NCBI GenBank assembly: GCA_037380845.1
Contig: JARRRI010000058.1
Coordinates: 29,274-49,474, forward strand
Direction of reading: 5' to 3'
Origin: Candidatus Sulfobium sp.
Lineage (GTDB): Bacteria; Nitrospirota; Thermodesulfovibrionia; Thermodesulfovibrionales; UBA6898
DNA length: 20,201 nt
In this document: one piece after another, positions 8,901-14,683 of the stretch
How positions within the stretch are numbered: position 1 is the stretch's first letter
Layout: the number at the start of each line of letters is the position of its first letter
The notes under the pieces: generated by a model
Told to the model about the DNA's origin: nothing
Seen by the model: only the letters and a program-made list of their open reading frames with translations
Database searches by the model: none
Translations under genes and position numbers: made by a program

Positions 8901-10350
8901 CGCCCTTTATATAGGAAATTTCTCCTGCGGTCCGGACTCCTTCATAACTAAATTTTTTGACATTGAAATGGCCGGCAAACCGTATCTCCACATCGAAATA
9001 GACGCCCACAGCGCCGACGCCGGGGTAATAACCCGATGCGAAGCGTTCCTCGACAGTATAAACAACAGAAATCAGAAGGTGGGGGACAGGAGCAAAACGA
9101 CGGAAAAAAGCGAAGAGAAGGGAACAACGCCACGCAATGGCTCCCGGTTCACGCGCGGCTCTTCACGCACCGTTTATATACCCTTCATGTCGGACCACGC
9201 CTTCGCACTGGCCGCCGCTTTTGAATACTGCGGGCTTCAGGCCGAGGTACTCCCCGAATCCTCGCACGAAAGGGTCGACCTCGGCAGGAAATATGTATCC
9301 GGGAAGGAATGCTATCCCTGTGCGGTAACAACCGGTGACATGGTGGGGAAAGCCCTCGAACCGGGCTTCGAGCCTGAGAAATCGGCTTTCTTCATGCCGT
9401 CCGGGTCGGGACCGTGCAGGTTCGGCCAGTACAACGTCTTCCACACTCTTGTCATGAAGGAACTCGGCCTTGACAACGTTCCGATCTTTTCCCCGAACCA
9501 GGACGAGAACTTCTATGAGCATCTGGGCATTGTAGGAAGTGATTTCAGCATGAGGTCCTGGAAGGGGATAATCGCCGTCGAACTGCTGAAAAAATGCCTG
9601 CATGAGACAAGGCCTTACGAAAAAGAAGAAGGTACTGCGGATGCATTGTACGACAACTATCTCAGGCGGGTGTACTTGTCAATCAGAGGTTCCGACGGGA
9701 ACATACAGTCCCTTCTCGCCAGGGCAAAAAAGGATTTCGGCCAGATTCCGAAGCATCCTGACAGAAAACCGCTCATCGGGATAGTCGGAGAAATATTTGT
9801 TCGTTCCAACAGATTTTCGAATGAGGATCTGGTGAGAAAAATAGAGGCCCTCGGCGGGGAAGCTTACCTGTCGCCGGTTGAGGAGTGGATACATTACGTG
9901 AATTATACGGCGCTGCGACGGGTCTTGATAAAAAAGGACATCTCTGGTATCATAAGCCTTCTGTTGAAGGGGTTCTTTCAAAAGAAAATAGAGAGAAGAT
10001 TCGGGAAGCATTTCGCCGGATTTCTGAAGACCCTGCACGAACCCCATACTGACGAGCTGATCGACAAGGCAGCCAGGTATGTCCACCCTTCGTTCGAGGG
10101 AGAGGCGATCCTCAGCATGGGCAAGAGCATCGATCTCATTCAAAGGGGATCGTCAGGTATAGTAAATGCAATGCCGTTCGGTTGCATGCCGGGCACTATT
10201 GTTAATGGATTGATGCGAGGGCTCGCGCTGGATTATGACATCCCGTGCCTCAGCATCCCTTACGACGGTTCCGAGTCCGTGACCTCTGATATTCAGCTTG
10301 AAGCTTTTATGGACCAGGCGAGGGAATACGGCGAGAAGCAGCAAAAGTAA
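5938..10350 (+). CDS. Fused acyl-CoA dehydratase activase (2x BcrAD/BadFG ATPase + DUF2229 + dehydratase/reductase-like domain); PlsA-PlsR/Ger-like
   Basis: Two ASKHA modules (GLDAGSVS..ELGGEDSK..MNSVCAAGTGSFL..RCSVFAKSD; GVDIGSIS..EIGGQDSK..MNKACAAGTGSFL..RCTVF), CKGCPNIC..GRCE, then ETCFPVKVAHGH, FSCGPDS, ECYPC, GPCRFGQY, PFGCMPG. Confidence 0.88.
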   Translation: MKYIGLDAGSVSVKLVLLDEKGSKVYGIYRRHRGKPLQAALELLKEVSGVRSEESGARARPLKSEVNTSEAVPHTPQFSLSVTGSAGRLIGSILGIEPVNEVVAHAFSTRKLFPEVKTIIELGGEDSKLIALSDDSNSAKDFSMNSVCAAGTGSFLDQQAERLRLSIEEFSELSLKSENPPRIAGRCSVFAKSDMIHLQQIATPVHDIVAGLCFAVARNFKGSIARGRQIIAPVSFQGGVAANSGMVRAFKEVFGLEALLVPEEHALMGAIGAALKDMDSGSFNPFDMSLLEDFIGTVKPSEKGHKPLMNDGDDFVERHLKNSEESEHFTSHLTPHASRSARVTHHSSPPRKAFLGVDIGSISTNLAVIDEECRLLSKRYLMTAGRPIEAVRQGLAEIGQEIADKVEIAGVGTTGSGRYMIADYIGADIVKNEITAQATAAAFIDSDVDTIFEIGGQDSKYISLRDGVIADFEMNKACAAGTGSFLEEQAEKLGISIKGDFQTSAFNSSNPCRLGERCTVFMENSLMANLQRGTGKEDLLAGLAYSIVQNYINRVVCKRSIGRKIFFQGGVAFNKSVVAAFEKYLGKDVTVPPNHDVTGAIGMALIAKKHVESLKSECRTQKLNGARLTPHSSPLTSFKGFELSKIPYEISSFECKGCPNICEINRVKVEGEKGYLFYGGRCEKYDVKRDKTPRNIQDLLALREKMLWKEHLKYVEKSEVRNRKPAKKQLRNKPHGSRGKIGIPYVFYFHDFLPFWTTLLWELGFNVEVSPGTERNIVDLGLESVLSETCFPVKVAHGHIRYFLEREVDAVFLPSFVNLNNAGETFERGLACPYTQTIPYSARVAFRNLRLLTPVIDLGRGSRFMEKELKRVLRPFGINYRELSAALRAAHKAQTQFERDIKEEGRKVLSSLRDKAIVVVGRAYNSLDKGVNLNISRKLGDLGMQAIPADFLPLDPAGLNDDWPNMYWRAGQRMLSAAKFIRSHPLLHALYIGNFSCGPDSFITKFFDIEMAGKPYLHIEIDAHSADAGVITRCEAFLDSINNRNQKVGDRSKTTEKSEEKGTTPRNGSRFTRGSSRTVYIPFMSDHAFALAAAFEYCGLQAEVLPESSHERVDLGRKYVSGKECYPCAVTTGDMVGKALEPGFEPEKSAFFMPSGSGPCRFGQYNVFHTLVMKELGLDNVPIFSPNQDENFYEHLGIVGSDFSMRSWKGIIAVELLKKCLHETRPYEKEEGTADALYDNYLRRVYLSIRGSDGNIQSLLARAKKDFGQIPKHPDRKPLIGIVGEIFVRSNRFSNEDLVRKIEALGGEAYLSPVEEWIHYVNYTALRRVLIKKDISGIISLLLKGFFQKKIERRFGKHFAGFLKTLHEPHTDELIDKAARYVHPSFEGEAILSMGKSIDLIQRGSSGIVNAMPFGCMPGTIVNGLMRGLALDYDIPCLSIPYDGSESVTSDIQLEAFMDQAREYGEKQQK
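6078..6167 (+). repeat. In-frame degenerate heptamer repeat block 1
   Basis: GTCAGGG GTAAGGA GTGAGGA GTCAGGT ... CCTCACA CCCCACA. Confidence 0.65.
6905..6985 (+). repeat. In-frame heptamer repeat block 2
   Basis: GTGAGGA GTCGGAG ... CCTCACA CCTCACA CCTCACG CCTCACG (6926-6953) ... TGTCACT CATCACT. Confidence 0.8.
7775..7845 (+). repeat. In-frame heptamer repeat block 3
   Basis: GTCTGAA GTCAGAA TGCAGAA CGCAGAA ... CCTCACA CCTCACT CCTCACC CCTCACT (7818-7845). Confidence 0.8.
8088..8152 (+). repeat. In-frame degenerate heptamer repeat block 4
   Basis: GTCAGAA GTCAGAA ACCGGAA ACCGGCG ... CCTCACG GTTCGCG. Confidence 0.65.
9064..9153 (+). repeat. In-frame highly degenerate heptamer block 5
   Basis: AACAGAA ATCAGAA GGTGGGG GACAGGA ... 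GCTCCCG GTTCACG, inside a low-complexity interdomain linker. Confidence 0.45.
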
Positions 10351-10458
10351 GCAGCAAGCAGTAAATAGCAAATAGTGACAGACCGGTAAAAGGTCATTTT
10401 ACCGTAGAGGCCGGCGTGCTGTTAACTACTTACTCTTTACCACTTACTATTTTACTAT
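10344..10458. repeat. Intergenic inverted heptamer arrays forming a long imperfect hairpin
   Basis: AAAGTAA GCAGCAA GCAGTAA ATAGCAA ATAGTGA ... TAACTAC TTACTCT TTACCAC TTACTAT T TTACTAT; internal stem CGGTAAAA-GGTCA-TTTTACCG. Confidence 0.75.
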
Positions 10459-10478
10459 TCTTTGAAGGAGGTGAGTCT

Positions 10479-10577
10479 GTGGGGAACGTCGTTAAATGGC
10501 GCAAAAAGAAGATGAGCAAGCATAAGCACAGGAAGCTGCTCAAAAAGACGAAACATCAGAGAAGAAGAAACAAATAA
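10479..10577 (+). CDS. Small basic ribosomal protein bS22 / mS38 (AURKAIP1/COX24, DUF1713) family, 32 aa
   Basis: SD AAGGAGGT (10465-10472) 6 nt before GTG; translation MGNVVKWRKKKMSKHKHRKLLKKTKHQRRRNK matches the [23 protein letters not shown].QRR pattern of bS22. Confidence 0.88.
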   Translation: MGNVVKWRKKKMSKHKHRKLLKKTKHQRRRNK

Positions 10578-12564
10578 GTCCGCTTGGCAGCCCCTGCAAC
10601 GACGCGTTGCAGTGCACTCTCTGAAAGACGGACTGAAGCGGATTCCTTCCGGACTTAAGGCGGACACGGGCACGGCTGACATATGCCGCGGCACTTTTCG
10701 GTTCCAAAGCGATGGCCCCCGTATACGCCTCTGCCGCCTTTTCATACTTGCCGTCCAGCATCAGCGCAAAACCCAGGTTGCAGACTGCTTCGAAATAATT
10801 CGGGTTCAGGGCTATCGCCCGGGCAAAGTCCCGTTGCGCATTTTCGAGTGCCCCCTCTTTACCGAAGGAAATTCCGCGATTATTAAACGCCTCGGAATAA
10901 TCGGGCTTCAATGAAATTGCCTTCGTGAAATCCCTTATCGCCTTATCATGCATCCCCTGACGCTCATAAGTCCGTCCGCGATCGTTAAACGCCTCGGAAT
11001 AACCGGGCTTCAGCGAAATTGCCTTCGTGAAATCCCTTATGGCTTCTCCGTACGTTCCCTCGTTATCGTGCGCCAATCCTCGGTTATAGTACGCAGGCGC
11101 GTACCCGGGCTTCAGTGCTATTGCCGTGTTGAAGTCACGCAATGCGATACCGTTTGCCCCCTCGTCCATCCGGGCGACCCCCCTGTTGTTGTACGCAAAA
11201 GCGACGGAAGGCTCCCGTTCGATTACGTAATCCCAAAGAGTTATGCTGTTTCTCCAGACGCTGATCTGTTTCACAGTCATTACGGAAAGGAACAAAAGGA
11301 CGCACCCCGCCACGGCCGCAGCCATGAAAGACCGGCCCGGCATGCGGCGTTTCAGTCCGTCTGCACCACCGTACCCCCTGGCGACGGCAAGTCCGAGGAC
11401 AAAAAAAGGGCCGATGCTAGGGAGATAGGCGTATCTGTCTGCCATTGACTGCATGCCGACCCGAACGATCCCCAGCACGGGGAGCAAGGTAACGATATAA
11501 TAGGCCCATATCGCAAGCCATAATTTACGGGTTCGGAACACGATAACGCATCCGGTGATCACGAAAATGGCAAGGACCGCCGTCATTTGTCTCACGGAAA
11601 GCATCGAAACGTCTCCCGGATAAGGATAAAAGGGGACAAGGCCCATCGGCAGGACCATCTTTAGAAGGTAGGAAAAAAGTGCCTGAGCCGCCACCAGAAG
11701 CCTGGCCGGTACATCGGCGACTTTTAAAGGTACGACGTGTCCGCCGATGTCTTCCGCCAGGAAAGTGACAACGGCGGATATCGTGCTCAGCGCGATAAAA
11801 GGAAGTTTTTCCGTTACCGTCGACGCAAACGTCTTCAAAGACCGAATTTTTCCAAGAGGATACCAGTCCGCTATCAGCATAACAACAGGGAGGGTAACCG
11901 CCATCGGCTTGCTCAAAAGGGCGCAGGCAAACAAGACAAGGGACAGCAAATAATTCCCGGGCGCGGGCCGGCCGTATTTTTCGGCGTCTGCGTAACGGAG
12001 GTACGCCAGAAGACTGAGACAAAAAAACATCCCGCACAAGAGGTCCTTCCTCTCGGAAACCCACGCCACCGATTCTACATGAATCGGGTGAATGCCGAAC
12101 AGGAGCCCCGTAAACGCTCCCGCGATGACGATATCTCTTTCGCCTGCAAAAGGGCCGGCTCCGTTCCCGGGGACCTGCCGTTCCGCCGCACAATCCAGAA
12201 GCCGGAAACAGACAAACGTGACCAGCATCGCGTTCAGGGCATGGATGACATTGCTTGTCAGATGGTGTCCCACCGGATTCAGGCCCCAGACGCCGTAATC
12301 AATCGCGTGAGAAATCCACGTGAGGGGATGCCAATTGCCCGCGTAAAACTTCGCGAACGCCCATCCGAAGACATCCCACAGCGGTCTCTGGATATGCATG
12401 TTCGCGTAAACGTAAGTATTGTCGTCCCAATTTGTAAATCCATTCCGCAGGGACGGCAAATAGTTAAGCAGGGTAACCAGAAAAACCATGATCCCGGCAA
12501 GCGCCCTGAGACGCCGATAGTCTTCTGTTTTCATGGAAGGCGGCGGAACGGAACCATGACCCAT
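10540..12564 (-). CDS. TMTC-like GT-C glycosyltransferase with C-terminal TPR array
   Basis: NGFTNWDDNTYV (DD motif), WHPLTWISHAIDY, HPIHVESVAWVSERKDLL, LLSKPMAVTLP, ADRYAYLP, then about six 34-aa TPRs (AYNNRG...A..DF..AI.L.P). Confidence 0.85.
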   Translation of the reverse strand: MGHGSVPPPSMKTEDYRRLRALAGIMVFLVTLLNYLPSLRNGFTNWDDNTYVYANMHIQRPLWDVFGWAFAKFYAGNWHPLTWISHAIDYGVWGLNPVGHHLTSNVIHALNAMLVTFVCFRLLDCAAERQVPGNGAGPFAGERDIVIAGAFTGLLFGIHPIHVESVAWVSERKDLLCGMFFCLSLLAYLRYADAEKYGRPAPGNYLLSLVLFACALLSKPMAVTLPVVMLIADWYPLGKIRSLKTFASTVTEKLPFIALSTISAVVTFLAEDIGGHVVPLKVADVPARLLVAAQALFSYLLKMVLPMGLVPFYPYPGDVSMLSVRQMTAVLAIFVITGCVIVFRTRKLWLAIWAYYIVTLLPVLGIVRVGMQSMADRYAYLPSIGPFFVLGLAVARGYGGADGLKRRMPGRSFMAAAVAGCVLLFLSVMTVKQISVWRNSITLWDYVIEREPSVAFAYNNRGVARMDEGANGIALRDFNTAIALKPGYAPAYYNRGLAHDNEGTYGEAIRDFTKAISLKPGYSEAFNDRGRTYERQGMHDKAIRDFTKAISLKPDYSEAFNNRGISFGKEGALENAQRDFARAIALNPNYFEAVCNLGFALMLDGKYEKAAEAYTGAIALEPKSAAAYVSRARVRLKSGRNPLQSVFQRVHCNASLQGLPSGLICFFFSDVSSF
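10594..10612. other. Perfect 8-bp hairpin just after the bS22-like stop (possible terminator/stabiliser; no U-tract)
   Basis: CTGCAACG-ACG-CGTTGCAG. Confidence 0.4.
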
Positions 12565-12569
12565 GGCCT

Positions 12570-12575
12570 ATTATA
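12570..12575 (-). promoter_or_regulatory. -10 box TATAAT 5 nt upstream of ATG 12564
   Basis: Minus strand gggTATAATaggccATG; no SD. Confidence 0.5.
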
Positions 12576-12759
12576 CCCTAAACTTGCATGAGTGAGAGGA
12601 CGGCCGGGCACGGATAAAAGCTTATATAAGACGACTGGATCTGCCGTGATTGCAGCAGTTCCCTGTGCGGCCACGGGGGACCCGCGGCACTCTTTTCTCC
12701 GGCCGGACGAACAGGAAGGAGAACAGCCTCACCGCACCGGTATGGGCGCGAGAAAACTT

Positions 12760-12789
12760 TTGAAACAATCATCTTCGATAGGGTATCAT
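12760..12789 (+). promoter_or_regulatory. Sigma70-type promoter directly abutting ATG 12795
   Basis: TTGAAA-N18-TATCAT-N5-ATG; no SD. Confidence 0.55.
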
Positions 12790-12794
12790 TCAGT

Positions 12795-13799
12795 ATGTTA
12801 AAATCTTTTTCTACGACCGGAATCGGCAGTCTTCCACTTCTGGACGCCCGGGAAGCATGCAGACTTATTCTCCGGACATTCGATATCCCTTTCTGGCCCC
12901 AGCTTCCGAGGGTGTCGTTCAGGGAGTATATGATCCCCCAGTATTCCGAGGGAATGCCTTTTGCAAGAATAGATATTGAAAAAGAGACGGTATGGGTCGA
13001 CAAAAACTCATCCGATGAGCTTGAACGGTTTTATGAAAACTGGACGGAGGAAAGCAGGGTTGCCATCTCCGAAGATTACGCAAAGGGTCTTCATGCATTC
13101 CTCGGTATGGAGCGTGGCAGACCGCTTGATTACGTCAAGGGCCATGTTACCGGCCCTCTGACTTTTACTCTCGGCTTGAAGGATGCCGAAGGCAAAGCGG
13201 TATATTTCGACGAGGAACTCCGTGAGATTTCCCTCATGCTCCTGAAGGCCAAAACGAGGTGGCAGATCGACATGCTGAGACAATGCGCTCCTGGCGTGAT
13301 TATATTCATAGACGAGCCGATCCTTTCCGCCCTGGGCAGCTCCAGCTATCTCGGGGTCAACAGTGAAGAGGCATTGAGACTTCTCAGGGAGATGGCCGCG
13401 GCCATACAGTCTGAAGGAGCGGTAGCCGGCATTCACTGCTGCGGCAATGCCGACTGGCCTCTCGTGATCAGAAGCGGCGCCGACATTGTCAACTTCGACG
13501 CATATGATTACGTCGATACCATCTCGCTCTACCCGTCGGAATTCACCGATTTTCTGAAAAGGGACGGCCGCCTTGCCTGGGGGATTGTGCCGACGTCCGA
13601 AGCCATACGGGGCGAGACTCCCGAATCGGTCAGGGCGCGCTTCGAGAGGGGCATGGAAAATCTCTCCGGCGCGATCCCGGGTGACCTTCTGAGGTCCAAC
13701 ATATTGCTGACTCCTTCCTGCGGCACGGGGTCGCGGACTGTCGACGAAACCCTGAAGGTGTTCCAGTTGCTTATGAGGCTGAAAGAGGAACTCTCGTGA
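12795..13799 (+). CDS. Core (single-barrel) methionine synthase, MesB-like
   Basis: 334 aa; TTGIGSLP, PFWPQLP, KGHVTGPLT, IFIDEP, GIHCCG, FDAY, AWGIVP, LTPSCG correspond to the MetE catalytic domain without the folate-binding half. Confidence 0.78.
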   Translation: MLKSFSTTGIGSLPLLDAREACRLILRTFDIPFWPQLPRVSFREYMIPQYSEGMPFARIDIEKETVWVDKNSSDELERFYENWTEESRVAISEDYAKGLHAFLGMERGRPLDYVKGHVTGPLTFTLGLKDAEGKAVYFDEELREISLMLLKAKTRWQIDMLRQCAPGVIIFIDEPILSALGSSSYLGVNSEEALRLLREMAAAIQSEGAVAGIHCCGNADWPLVIRSGADIVNFDAYDYVDTISLYPSEFTDFLKRDGRLAWGIVPTSEAIRGETPESVRARFERGMENLSGAIPGDLLRSNILLTPSCGTGSRTVDETLKVFQLLMRLKEELS

Positions 13800-14437
13800 A
13801 GGGAATTTTCATATCCCTTGAAGGCATAGAGGGAACAGGCAAGACCACCCAGGCCGGGTTCCTGGCGGGACATCTGCGGAGAAAAGGGCTCAGCGTCACG
13901 AAGACGGAGGAGCCGGGTGGCACGGCGATAGGCCTGAGGATCAGGGAACTGCTCCTTTCCCCGGGAAGCACGAACATGGACCCGGTAACTGAACTTCTTC
14001 TGTACAATGCATCTCGGGTCCAGCATATCAGGGAAGTCATCATGCCGGTCCTTGAGAGAGGAGATGTCGTGGTTACAGACAGGTTCAGCGATTCGACGAC
14101 GGCCTACCAGGGGTACGGAAGGGGAATAGACCTCAAACTGATAGACTCCCTGGACCTGATCGCCACGCGGAGGCTGCGGCCCGATCTCACAATCCTGCTC
14201 GATATAGACGTGGAAACCGGCTTGAAAAGGAACAGGAAGATAAACAAAGACGACAGGATTGAACGCGAAGATATCTCTTTTCACGAAAAGGTAAGGCAGG
14301 GGTTTATCCATATTGCGGCGCAGTCGCCGGACAGAATAAGAATAGTCGATTGTTCCGGGCCGGTCGATACTGTCCGGGAAGGCGTGGCTGCCGTAATCGA
14401 CGAATTTCTGGAAAAACAGAGCGTTGTCGAGAGATGA
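13796..14437 (+). CDS. tmk: Thymidylate kinase
   Basis: FISLEGIEGTGKTTQ P-loop, EPGGT, DRFSDST.AYQG.GRG, PDLTILLD; GTGA overlap with the upstream stop. Confidence 0.96.
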   Translation: MKGIFISLEGIEGTGKTTQAGFLAGHLRRKGLSVTKTEEPGGTAIGLRIRELLLSPGSTNMDPVTELLLYNASRVQHIREVIMPVLERGDVVVTDRFSDSTTAYQGYGRGIDLKLIDSLDLIATRRLRPDLTILLDIDVETGLKRNRKINKDDRIEREDISFHEKVRQGFIHIAAQSPDRIRIVDCSGPVDTVREGVAAVIDEFLEKQSVVER

Positions 14438-14539
14438 GGAGGCACGAGGTCCGGGTCTTCCGAGGAGAGGACTTCCTCCGGGTAATTCAGTAATGCATTG
14501 TGGCAATCGTTTTTCATGTCTTCAGGAATTTTTTGGGCC

Positions 14540-14612
14540 GTGTTCCCGCGGAAACGGGAATACGGGCTTTTTTAAGGGTAAAGGATTCCCGAATACTACC
14601 TCGGGAATGACA
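14540..14612. repeat. Degenerate RPE/dRS3-like double-hairpin palindromic element
   Basis: GTGTTCCCG-CGGAAA-CGGGAATAC ... GGATTCCCGA-ATACTACC-TCGGGAATGACA. Confidence 0.6.
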
Positions 14613-14683
14613 ATAAATTGACTCGTTTAAAGAGTTTCTTATGAGCAGGTCTTCTGAAACTCTATAGGCAGCCAAGTGTTTAA

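Noticed and set aside
10455..10745. 96-aa minus-strand ORF as a frameshifted continuation of the TPR gene
   Set aside because: Its translation is not TPR-like and is largely the antisense of the bS22-like gene.
12576..12760. SAM or cobalamin riboswitch upstream of the methionine synthase
   Set aside because: No SAM-I core or B12 box recognisable, and the likely promoter lies downstream of this stretch.
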